From Hemiscyllium ocellatum (Eukaryota), in assembly GCF_020745735.1 (NCBI RefSeq), contig NC_083424.1:48718999-48782998 (forward strand): a stretch of DNA of 64,000 nt, given 5' to 3'. This document shows positions 1 to 9,954 of this stretch, one piece after another. The notes beneath the pieces are model-generated. The model did not search any database. It was given only the letters and a program-made list of their open reading frames with translations, and had not been told where the DNA came from. How positions within the stretch are numbered: position 1 is the stretch's first letter; every line of letters starts with the position of its first letter. A program made the position numbers and the translations under genes.

Positions 1-582
1 GAAATCAGAGAACCATGGTAAGCTGTTTTTCTCAGGCTTGTGTCAGCATGTGCTGCTCTAACTCCAGAAATGAGTGATGAAGTAATTCTTCTCCTGTCCT
101 AATGGACCATTGGCATGGATATGCAGGCATTTTTTAAAAAAGAAATTAGTTACAGACGACAATAACTCAGAATTACTGAAAATCTTGAGGAAAATGATCA
201 CACTTTCCCACAAGACAGACAGAATAAATTTTGATAGAAATTATGAAAACAAAATGAATGCAAATGTAACTGAACTATTTCCATTATTCCATCCTTTAGG
301 ACAACCAGTCCTGAACCAACTTCGCCTTCCTGCATATGTATAAATAGAACCTATTTAAGTAACTTGTTCTTCGCCTGGACCTCATTGCTAATTCCCCAGT
401 TAACACTGTTTTTGCTTTCCTTTATGTTCTTCGGGCTTCTGAACTACAAGCATAACACCATCTAATCTTCGTTCCTAACTGTGCCCCATCTTTTGCTTAT
501 CTGGATTCAATCATTCTTGTGTAACAATCTATGACTTCGACAAATTGTTTCTCTTTTCTAAAAATAAGACTGCAATGCGCTT

Positions 583-643
583 ATGCAAATCCAATCTGAG
601 GCTTGGTCCTGTTGGCCGATATCACGTGTTTGTAGATTTGCAT
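583..643 (+). promoter_or_regulatory. IgL promoter: two oppositely oriented octamers with CCAAT and E-box
   Basis: ATGCAAAT 583-590, CCAAT 591-595, CACGTG 623-628, ATTTGCAT 636-643, about 105 bp upstream of the leader ATG (747). The ATTTGCAT octamer is the canonical Ig light-chain promoter element. Confidence 0.8.
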
Positions 644-746
644 GAATCATTAAAATTCAGTAATTTTCCTGGTTTGCAGGTACTTAATGGAGGGATTGGA
701 AAGATCCCAGCAACACCTTCTTGCCCCAAGCACTAGAACCTTCACC

Positions 747-795
747 ATGACTGAATGGGTTGGATTTCTCGCCGCACTGATGTTCTGTCTCCACA
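747..795 (+). CDS. IGL: Ig light chain (type II/lambda) leader exon
   Basis: ATG at 747 encodes MTEWVGFLAALMFCLH plus 1 nt (hydrophobic signal peptide). GTAAGT donor at 796; phase-1 intron ends in CAG at 931-933. Confidence 0.93.
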
Positions 796-933
796 GTAAG
801 TAAACATGCTAATTTGCCTTATGGCTATTTTTTACGTTGTTTTTTGTGTTGTCACGCTTGAGTTTAACCGCCGTAAACCAAAAACAGTTGTAATTGCAAC
901 AAGTGATTGATCTCTGACTTGTTGCTTCACCAG

Positions 934-1275
934 GTACGTACGGGGATCCTACACTGACTCAACCAGGATCCATCTCAACATCCCCGGGGGAAACTGTGAA
1001 GATCACCTGTACCATGTCCGGTGGAAGCATCGGTAGCTACTATACCAGCTGGTACTGGCAGAAACCCGGCAGTGCCCCGGTGTTAGTTTGGGACGAAGTT
1101 GATGATACGGCTTCGGGAATCCCAGACCGATTTACCGGGTCTGTGGACTCATCGAGTAACAAGATGCATTTAATCATCACCAATGTGCAATCGGAGGATA
1201 CCGCCGATTATTACTGCGCGGTAGCAAGTAGTGGAATAGTGACATTCGGGAAAGGAACCAAACTGAACCTGAGCG
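934..1275 (+). CDS. IGL: Ig light chain germline-joined VJ exon (lambda/type II)
   Basis: Open frame ..DPTLTQPGSISTSPGETVKITC..SWYWQKPGSAPVLVW..GIPDRFTGS..EDTADYYC-AVASSGIVT-FGKGTKLNLS. Both Cys, the Trp and the FGxG J motif are present; V is fused to J with no RSS; GTAAGT donor at 1276. The leader intron is retained, so this is not a retrocopy. Confidence 0.96.
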
Positions 1276-2275
1276 GTAAGTAAACTGTGGGCCAACACTA
1301 GGTCTCGATTTGAGTTCGACATTTTCGTGGAAAATCACCGAATTGGAAACACCAGTGCCGAGTCTGTCCGAGCGATTGTATCCTGACCCTCAAAGCCCCG
1401 CTCCAAACATTCAGTTTTACTTAATTACAATTTTCGCACGACGCCGTTTTCATTCCACTGAAAGCAGCACCGCGATATAAACGCCGACCCGAGTGTGAGA
1501 CGGCGGAAGGACAGTGTGGCGTTTTGCAGCAACTCCCTCTCGTTTGTCTCTAAGCAGCGAAAACCACTCAGTCCATGATTTTCAGTTCTACCTTTCACAT
1601 TAATCCAGATGACGGGAGTGAACGTAGTTTTTGTGCTGGGCTCAGCCAGTTTGATCAACGCTGATCCAATTTCTGCGGCGCAGTCACAGGCAGGATGGTT
1701 ATTTTATTTATAAACCAACAGACTAGCTACTCTCGTTCGCTCAATCGTTCGGACATATCTTAGGATTCTCGACCCCCACCCCCTCCCTCCCAGATCATTG
1801 TCTCTGAAATCGTGCTGCCGAATGTGTGGTTAGTTTCAGTGAGTGGTTATATACAGAATGTGCAGATATTCCAACGGTGTGTAATATCATTACTTGGATG
1901 CACAGGGTGAAATGGGTTAAGGCGCAACATAAAACAGAAAGGCATCATTTCAGTATATTTATTCTTTCTTCAAACAAATGTCTCTGGTACACATCTCAGG
2001 AGAAGAAAAATTTACCAGAAAATACTTCACGCTTTGATATTAAGTTAATTAATGTCTTAGAATATTGTTGAATAATCCCGCGGGACGCCGTCTATTACAG
2101 TGTCAGAATATTCACCTATACTGAGGATGGTACAGGAGCTGTGGTAGAAGGAACTGGTAACACTTAACTGATACCCCTCAATTTCAACCAGCACGTTTTA
2201 ACAATGTAGAGGACAAGGGGAATCTCTCAGAATGCTTTTGCAGGAGCCGGTGTTGAACTGGGTGTACAAAGTTAC

Positions 2276-2343
2276 AAATCACACACACCAGGTTATACTC
2301 CAAATAAACCTGTTGGACTATAATCTGGAGTCTTGTGATTTTT
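2276..2343. repeat. Short inverted pair of repeat termini in the J-C intron (same family as 40872-41547)
   Basis: aaatcacacacaccaggttatactcca ... tggactataatctggagtcttgtgattttt; matches the termini at 40872 and 41547. Confidence 0.6.
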
Positions 2344-3489
2344 AACTCTCAGAATGCGGCTACACTGTTTATGTGAGAGGGACAACACTGGTGCTGGTTA
2401 GAAGCGCTGATGTGCCTGACTTTGGAACTCGGTGCCAGAACGAATTGCTTCAGCTTCTACATGAAAATTTGGAAAAAGAACTGTTTTAATCGTCGAATTA
2501 CATAAACCGTTTCGCTCAGTGTTTGCAGCTCACTCTAGTTAAAGCGCGAATGGCTATATATTTATTTATCTTACCATGAGAATAATTCTGTCTGATCAGA
2601 AGAAAGAGAACAAACAAGTTGCTAAACACTACAAGATATACAAGGTTGAACGCAGGAGTGGTGTAGGGCGGGGGAGACAGGAAGGCGGTGCTGCGGGAGT
2701 GAGGGCGAGTGTAGTGGTAGTGATCAGATGAGCGCAGATGGTGCCCAAGAGAGAGTAGCTCAATGAATTAAGATTGGTACAGCATGTAACAGAACCTCAG
2801 GACAGGCCATTGGCTGTCAATGTATATTGTTGAAGTGCAGTCATTTCTGTAGTGTAAAAACTGTAAGGCCCTTCACCGGTAAATATCGCTGTGATAACGA
2901 GCTGTTGTATTTCGCGACATTGTCTGAGAGATTGATACTGGCCAGGGGCATTTGTGTTTGCATTTCCAAGACAGTGATGGATTCTGTTTATCCAATAAGG
3001 ACGCAATTAGTTACAAGGTTGGCAAATATGTTTTAGGAAACGCAGTCGTTTTGTTGAAATTGTATCTTCTAACTCTCTAACGCCACGGATGCCTCCGATT
3101 CTGGTACTTCGAACGCGATGGGAGAGCCCTCTGCGATTTTACAGTGTTGTCACTGATAGGGATGGGAGCGGGAAGATGCAAATCAATAAACGATCTGAGC
3201 CTTAGGAATATGAACTATATAGAAATACAAATATCAATGTAAAAATCCCATCCCCAATCATCGGCAAAGGAAGGGAAAGAAGTATGAATTAAGAATAAGA
3301 TCAGGTTGATGACAATGGAATAAATGTCGCAAAATGTTGTTTTCACAGCAGTAGTAACAGGTTTTATACCAAATTCTGATTTGCCCGTTTTACTTTGCGT
3401 CTAACCCTCGGTTCCTGGGACACGATGACAGGCTGCATAAGATAAGTATTTTGAACGGATTATTGAGATCCCGTCTCATTTCAAACACG

Positions 3490-3680
3490 CACAAAAATTG
3501 TGGATGCAGAAAATCTGAAATAAAAAGCAGAGAGTGTTGGAGAAACTCAGCAGATCTGGCAGTATTTGTGAAGAGAAAAGCAGAATTGACGTTTGGAGTC
3601 CAGTGACTTCGCGGGATTTTCTCTCTACAGACAATGTCAGACCTGCCGTGTTTCCCCAAATACTCTGCTATGTCCAGATT
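3490..3680. mobile_element. Degenerate inverted pair of Penelope-like termini
   Basis: gcagagagtgttggagaaactcagcagatctggcag ... ctgccgtgtttccccaaatactctgc arms flank a decayed hammerhead-like core; similar to 34270-34490. Confidence 0.5.
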
Positions 3681-3782
3681 TATATATTTTTTTCGTTTTA
3701 AATGTTCTCACGTTGGAGAATCTTCGTTTGTTACCTCACAGTTGGCAAAATGAAAAACATCTTCTCGGGTTATAGCTTCCCT

Positions 3783-3907
3783 AGCTGAAAATATGTTGCT
3801 GGAAAAGCGCAGCAGGTCCTGCTGCGCTTTTCCAGCAACACATTTTCAGCTCTGATCTCCAGCATTTGCAGACCTCACTTTCTCCTCGAAGATTATATCT
3901 TCCCTAC
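3783..3907. mobile_element. Tail-to-tail Penelope-like termini forming a 34-bp hairpin
   Basis: 3783-3816 is the reverse complement of 3818-3851 (1 mismatch, 1-nt loop). The sequence matches the terminus at 4970-5000 and 25320-25353. Confidence 0.75.
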
Positions 3908-4065
3908 AGCTGTAGATCTCAGGTTCCAGTTTAATTTTCATCAAGCTATGGGTTTCTATTATGCAACTCGTAGCTTTAAGAAGGGACTTCGAATTTAAAG
4001 AGATTTGAAGGAAGTAAAATATTAATTCCAGTTTTATTACAATTTCATTTATTGCTACTTTACAG

Positions 4066-4388
4066 AACCGCGGAGACCCACAGTTTCCCTCCTTCCGCCT
4101 TCATCGGTTCAAATCACGGAAAAGAACACGGCTACCCTGGTGTGTTTGGTGAGCGGTTTTAACCCGGGCGCTGTGGAGATTGAGTGGTCGATAGATGGCA
4201 GTGTCAGGGGGGATAATGTTGAGACCAGTCGGATCCAGCAGGAGACGGACAACACGTTCAGTGTGAGCAGTTATCTGACCCTGTCAGCCTCAGAATGGAA
4301 CTTACACGAGGTTTACTCCTGTGGGGTTAAACACGAGACTTTGACAAATCCACTTCAGAGAACTATTGCGAGATCCAACTGCATCTGA
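4066..4388 (+). CDS. IGL: Ig light chain constant exon (C lambda)
   Basis: Acceptor TTTACAG ends at 4065. Phase-1 junction gives EPRRPTVSLLPPSS..TATLVCLVSGFNPGAVEIEW..FSVSSYLTLSASEW..YSCGVKHETL..RSNCI*, a C1-set Ig domain with a penultimate interchain Cys. Confidence 0.96.
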
Positions 4389-4685
4389 GCGAAGACTCTT
4401 GTGCATTTATCTCCCACTTTATTAGAGAAGCTTCTTGAAAATTAAGTTCTACAATTAGCTATTAGACGTTCAACTTTAAACTGAACATTGAAAACAACCG
4501 CAATATTTTAAATTGTCAGCTGTGTCCTACTTTCTGTAGTTTATTGCGCGTTCACCATGGATGATCAAAGTTTCAATGTAATGTTGCTAATATCGCTTTG
4601 TATTAAAATCTGTGTACCATGATCTCAGATGCGGTTGTTCATTCCTGCCCGATATCTCTGAAGCCACTTATAACAGCATTCTGAG

Positions 4686-4691
4686 AATAAA
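4686..4691 (+). terminator. Probable IgL polyadenylation signal AATAAA
   Basis: First canonical AATAAA about 300 nt after the C-exon stop (ATTAAA also at 4602-4607). Confidence 0.55.
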
Positions 4692-4969
4692 AAAAGTGAA
4701 GTTTAATGGGTTTACGCTTATTTGTACACATACTGTAGGTTAGTTGGAATGCAGAAATTGCATGCAAGCATGGGGCGTTGTCTGAGTGTAACATTTCATG
4801 AAATTAATCTTACGACATTTTGGTTTTGGAAATAGACCTAACCAACTCATGTCGGTATGGGAATGAGCTGCACTTCATGCACTTGTTAACGTCAAAACCG
4901 CATTGTAAAAGTGCTAACGCGTCTGGGTTGACAGATTCAAACTAACGCCATGCCTGCCTTTTGGGGATG

Positions 4970-5058
4970 AAAAATGTGTTGCTGGAAAAGCGCAGCAGGT
5001 CAGGCAGCATCCAAGGAGCAGGAGAGTCGACGTTTCGGGCATAAGCTCTTCTTCAGGA
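4970..5058 (-). mobile_element. Penelope-like element terminus with hammerhead motif
   Basis: Minus strand reads GGTC-CTGAAGA-A-GAGC-TTAT-GCCC-GAAAC-GTC-GACT..GATGCTGCCTGACCTGCTGCGCTTTTCCAGC; same terminus as follows the GIY-YIG fragments at 13113-13200 and 25259-25353. Confidence 0.8.
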
Positions 5059-5060
5059 CC
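5025..5060 (-). ncRNA. Minimal type I hammerhead ribozyme motif (predicted cleavage GUC, between 5029 and 5028)
   Basis: Intact core CUGAAGA and GAAA, stem I GGUC/GACU, stem II GAGC/GCCC (1 mismatch), palindromic ACGU helix III. Activity not shown. Confidence 0.65.
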
Positions 5061-6363
5061 TAATTCCATAGTGCAGTTACTGACAATACACGACATCTTT
5101 TCCCCGAAATAATCCAACAACGTTAATCCTTGCTCATCATAGTTATTTTGACATGGGTGCCAAAATATTTTTTCAAAACATGGCTGCGGATTTCGTAGGG
5201 CCTTTATCTGAAACCAACTGACTTAAGAACCATGCTTTCAAAGTTCTACTTCAGTGTATTCATGAACTCGATTAAGCATCTTCTTACGACATATTGTCTT
5301 ACTTTGGACTGACTGATCATTTTAACATATCATTAAATGTAGAAATATAAGTTGTTCAAACGATCTGAAGTTTATTTTTAAAAGTATTGTTTACTACGCA
5401 TATTTTGTCAGATTGACCGCATATGCACTCATTTACGATACCATGAAACAAACATTATAATAAGAACCTGGGAAGGGAAATAATAGACCTGGAACATCAA
5501 AAATTAATTTGCACAGTAGGTACGTGCAGGGAAGAACATATAAATGATCTTCGCCATTCTCGAATATATAAAGAAAACTGTTGGCAATTGGTTGGGAGGC
5601 AGGAGAGGTCAAACAGGGAGCAAGAATTCCTCATCGACTGAATGCGGAACTGGATTCTGGAAGCAATAAGTTCCAGCGCAACGGCTTTTTATAACGTATA
5701 GTAATGACTTGGATGAAAGGGTAGAGAGATGTATAAGCAAGTTTGCAGATAATATTAAGTGTCACAATGAGCTACATGACATCCTTAATGAAATTGCGTT
5801 TACTTTTAAAACTGCGATGGCTTTCTTTCGCCTCATGGATTGCAACAGTATCTCTTGTCCATATTTATCTTTTGTTAATCGTTTTCCAAAATTTGACTAC
5901 ATCAATTGTCCATCTTAGAACTTAAGGAATACGAAGCATATTTTGAAATTTGATAGTACAACTAAAGGTTTAAAATAAAGGGAACACCTTGAAGAACTTG
6001 TTCTCTACCCTTTCAAAGGCCAATGTATCCCCTATACATTTTGATGCCAAAGACTTCCACAGATATGGTCTGACTGAGACTCTGTATTTGGGGATCATTA
6101 TTTCATAATTTTAATTCCAACCTTCCCGGGGCAAGCATTATACACGCCTTTTCCAATTCGTATACACCTGTGCACTAGTTTCCTATGTGTTTTCAGATGG
6201 GCGCCAAAATCTATTCACTAATCCACAGTGCCGAACGTCTGAGGATTGAGCAAGATTTCCGTTTGTGTTATTCGTAAGTTCAGTGTGGACGCATCATTTG
6301 TCACTGCCGAACTTTATTTCTGTCAGTGTTGTGGTTCTGTTCGCCGAGCTGGGAATTTGTGTT

Positions 6364-6403
6364 GCAAACGTTTCGTCCCCTGTCTCGGTGACATCGTCAG
6401 TGC
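6364..6403 (-). ncRNA. Mirror-image hammerhead motif in the left palindrome arm
   Basis: Exact reverse complement of 6444-6483. Confidence 0.7.
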
Positions 6404-6443
6404 TTGGGAACCTCCTGTGAAGCGGTTCAGAGGAGGTTCCCAA

Positions 6444-6483
6444 GCACTGACGATGTCACCGAGACAGGGGACGAAACGTTTGC
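6444..6483 (+). ncRNA. Minimal type I hammerhead ribozyme motif of a Penelope-like terminus
   Basis: GCA-CTGACGA-T-GTCACC-GAGACA-GGGGAC-GAAA-C-GTT-TGC: stem I GCA/UGC, intact core, stem II with 5 of 6 pairs, ACGU palindromic helix III, GUU triplet ending at 6480. Confidence 0.7.
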
Positions 6484-7181
6484 AACACAAATTCCCAGCT
6501 CGGCGAACAGAACCACAACACTGACAGAAATAAAGTTCGGCAGTGACAAATGATGCGTCCACACTGAATTTACGAATAACACAAACGGAAATCTTGCTCA
6601 ATCCTCAGACGTTCGGCACTGTGGATTAGTGAATAGATTTTGGCGCCCATCTGAAAACACATAGGAAACTAGTGCACAGGTGTATACGATTTGGAAAAGG
6701 CGTGTATAATGCTTGCCCCGGGAAGGTTGGAATTAAAATTATGAAATAATGATTTCAGTCTCAGTCAGACCATATCTGTGGTAGTACACTTAGTCTTTGG
6801 CATCAAAATGTGTAACGGATACATTGGCCTTTGAAAGGGTAGAGAACAAGTTCTTCAAGGTGATTCCTTTATTTTAAACCTTTAGTTGTACTATCAAATT
6901 TCAAAATATGCTTCGTGTTCCTTAAGTTTAAAGATGGAGAATTGCTGTTTTAGAAAACGATTAATAAAAGATAAACGTGGACAAGAAATACTGTTCCAAC
7001 CCATGAGGCGAAAGAAAACCATCGCAGTTTTAAAAGTAAACACAATTACGAGTGGAATCGGGAAGAATCCCTTCACAAACTTGGACACTGCTTTCAACTC
7101 TGGTGTATATCCTTCAAAGGAAAACGGTGAATAGAAATTATCAAGATTGTCATTCACGTATCTTTGTTACGTAAGGGTGGC

Positions 7182-7255
7182 CAGAGGCCCGGGTTCAACT
7201 TCAACCTGCTTCAGGAGTGTGAAGAACACCTCTGAACAGATTAGTTCGAAAATAC
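7182..7255 (+). mobile_element. Degenerate short tRNA-derived SINE head
   Basis: B-box-like GGGTTCAACT followed by cacctgctccagag..tctgaacag-like body; similar to 26582-26700 and 26852-26965. Confidence 0.45.
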
Positions 7256-8059
7256 CTATCAAGACATATAGAGCAAAGATGAACCCAGGAAGAAAAGCTA
7301 CAAATTAAACATTATCTAATCGAATAATGAACGCTTGGTTGAATTGGTATAACAGGATAGCGGTACATTCAACAGTGCCAATTATCTGCATTGGTCTGAC
7401 TTGAAATGTGTGTGACCTCAAAATGTGAATATTGTTTTCAATCACAACACAATCATATTATATTAAAGTAATAGTCTGCGGTCATGGTTTAGAATTCCAG
7501 TGTCGCATATGGTGAAATTTCAATTAAATTAATAATGAAAATCTGGAATTTAAAGCAGGCTAGTCTAATTATGTCAATGAAATCGTTACCAACTAAAATA
7601 AACAAAAAATCTGTTTCATTCATTAATGTTCTTTATGGATGGAAGCTCTACCATTCTCAATAGGTCTGGGCCACAAGTGATTCCACATCTACAGTAATAT
7701 TTAACTGTTAAATGCCAACTGACATTTCCTAACAAGTGATTCGATGCAAATGATCATTGCAAATTGTGGCAAAAGGAATGAAACCAGACTGAACACCCAG
7801 TCAGGGAACACATATTCTCTGAGGTGTCCCTGGCTGATCTCGTTCCAATCACTAAAGTGGTATCATCATGTATCTGCTGCCCTTATCCTTCCACATGGAA
7901 GTGGTAAAACCAGGAAATGCACGAAAAGCCCAGCAGCCCCGGGCAGACGTGGGACATTAACTCTAATTTCTCTTCACAAATGCTACCAGAACTGCTGAAA
8001 TTCTCCAGGAACTTGTTTTTGTTTCTGGTTTACATCAACCACAGTTCTTTTGGTTTTTA

Positions 8060-9030
8060 GATCCTGGGTTTGGAAGCTGCTCTGTTAGGATCAATGGCGA
8101 ATTTGTGCAGTGCATCTTCCAGATAGTGAACACTGCTGTTACTACATTATTGGTCGTAGAGGGGATTAGTGTTTTGGATGTGTGACAATGAATTGGATTG
8201 CTTTGGTCTGGTTGTCGTCAAGACGTTTGATTATTGTCGGAGCTGCGTTCGTCCAGGCAAGTGGGAAGTATTTTTTGTCTCATACCTGGTTTATGCCTTG
8301 CAGCAGATGAAGAGATTTTGGGGCGTCAGGAGATGTATTACCCGCCGCGGCACTCCTACACTTCAACCTGCTCTGACAACCATTGTATTTAGAGAATATG
8401 AGAAGTACAAATATCTTTCTGGTCAATTGTAACCCACCCACCTCCCCCCCCCCCCCCCCCCCACCCCAACCCCCTCTCGGCATTAATATCGTCGGATTCA
8501 CTGATTTTATCGCCATTGAATGTTAAGGGGCGATGGTTTTAATTTCCGGTTTGGTAGCGTGTCACTACCTAATATCTGCCAACCAACGTTTAAATATTGC
8601 CCAGGTCTTATTGCATTTGGACATGGATTGCTGCAATATCTGTAGAACTGCAAATGTTGCTGAATGTTGTGCAATAGTGATTGAACATTCCGACTTCTGA
8701 CTTTATGATGGAGGGAGGATCTTTGATGAAGCAGCTGAGAATGACGTCCTTGAGATGTGTGAGCTGAAGTGTAGCAATCACACCGACTTTCCTATGTGCC
8801 AGTGATGTGAATTTTCCTTTGATCCGCATTGTGAGATGCTGTTCCTTCAAAAATGTTATGCTGTCCTTGTTTTTCCTGTCCTGTTTTGTTATATAATCAC
8901 AGGTTCCGAAACGTCTGGGGGTGAAGGGATTTAGTGCCTGTTTCATTATAGCTAATCAATACTGCCTGAAGCGAATGGCTTTCAAGATTTTGAAAAAAAA
9001 AGCACTTGTTTAATGAATGAAGAGTGGCCA
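8060..9030 (-). mobile_element. Decayed CR1-group LINE RT fragments (second family, clade unresolved)
   Basis: Reverse-strand similarity to the plus-strand fragment at 17060-17370 (EYSSLGW..LDTIQ); many stops and indels. Confidence 0.55.
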
Positions 9031-9239
9031 GTTCTCCCGGCTCAGCTGTGCTCTGGTTTGGTTTGGCTAGCAAGCAGTGGAGTTGAAAAAGGTGCTGGAC
9101 CCAAAGAAACAGGTCCAGGCTGAACCTCCTCTCTCTGTGACATTTCTCCTGGAAGACACTGCGTTTAATGTTACCGTTTGTTCTAATTGCTTTTTATGGG
9201 GATTGTTGCAAGTATTGGGGACAGCATAGATAAAGTGAG

Positions 9240-9405
9240 GAGTGCAGATGCTGGAAATCAGAGTCGTAGAGTATGGTGCTGGAACAGCACAGTCGGTCAG
9301 GCAGCATCAGGACGAAGAGCTTATGCTTGCAATGTCAATTCTCCTGCTTCTCACTTTCTGCCTGACATGCTGTGCTTTTCAAGCACCACACTCTTCGACT
9401 TGGGA
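9240..9405. mobile_element. Inverted pair of Penelope-like termini around a decayed hammerhead
   Basis: gagtcgtagagtatggtgctggaacagcac..tcaggcag (9261-9304) is inverted relative to ctgcctgac..gtgcttttcaagcaccacactcttcgact (9358-9400). Confidence 0.65.
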
Positions 9406-9954
9406 ACAGCATCATTAAGTTGGGATAGTCTGTTGGGTTTTCGGAAAGGGTTAAGTTATTTGGTATTCAATTCTCTTTGTTTGTGCTTCATTCAGTAATC
9501 TTGTAAGTAAGTTCTGTATTGTTTAAAATTAAGTAGTTTGACCATCGGCATCACTCCTGGATATCCATGTTACACGTGCTTCAACCTCCTCACATTGTTC
9601 GGGCCTTGGCTACTTTCTTGAAATGCTTTGAGGGGTGTGGCCTGGTCCAGAGCATCATTAACTTCAGTTTTGCTAGGGCCCGTTCACGACAAACTCAATG
9701 AAATATATCCTTGATGTCAAGGGCTGCCATTCTCACCTCATTTCTGAAATTTGGCGTCTTGTTCATGTTGAACCAAGATTGCAATGAGCTCGGAAGTTGG
9801 GTTAGTTTGACAGAACCCAAACTGGGCGTGTTAGTTCGCGGTTTATTGCTAAACAAGTGCTGCTTGATTGCACTGTTGAGGACACCTTCTATCATTTTAC
9901 TGTTGATCAATAAGAAATGATGAAGTGGTAATTGGCCAGGGTATTATTACTTAG

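Larger units (their letters stand above)
5792..7047. repeat. 1.26-kb near-perfect palindrome (centre 6423/6424)
   Basis: 6094-6423 versus 6424-6753 has 4 mismatched pairs and no indels by manual comparison. The outer arms 5792-6093 / 6754-7047 are more diverged. Confidence 0.97.

Noticed and set aside
1626-1653. Nonamer-like AGTTTTTGT plus 12 bp plus CAGTTTG as a relic J-RSS
   Set aside because: The heptamer lacks the invariant CAC and no J segment follows.
6246-6601. Twin near-identical 92-aa ORFs on opposite strands
   Set aside because: Automatic consequence of the palindrome; no domain, start context or splice support.
6224-6623. CACAGTG (6224-6230) and CACTGTG (6617-6623) as RSSs or RAG/Transib transposon ends
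   Set aside because: No nonamer at 12 or 23 bp (GGATTGAGC / GATTTCCGT), no direct TSD, and the second heptamer is just the palindromic mirror of the first.
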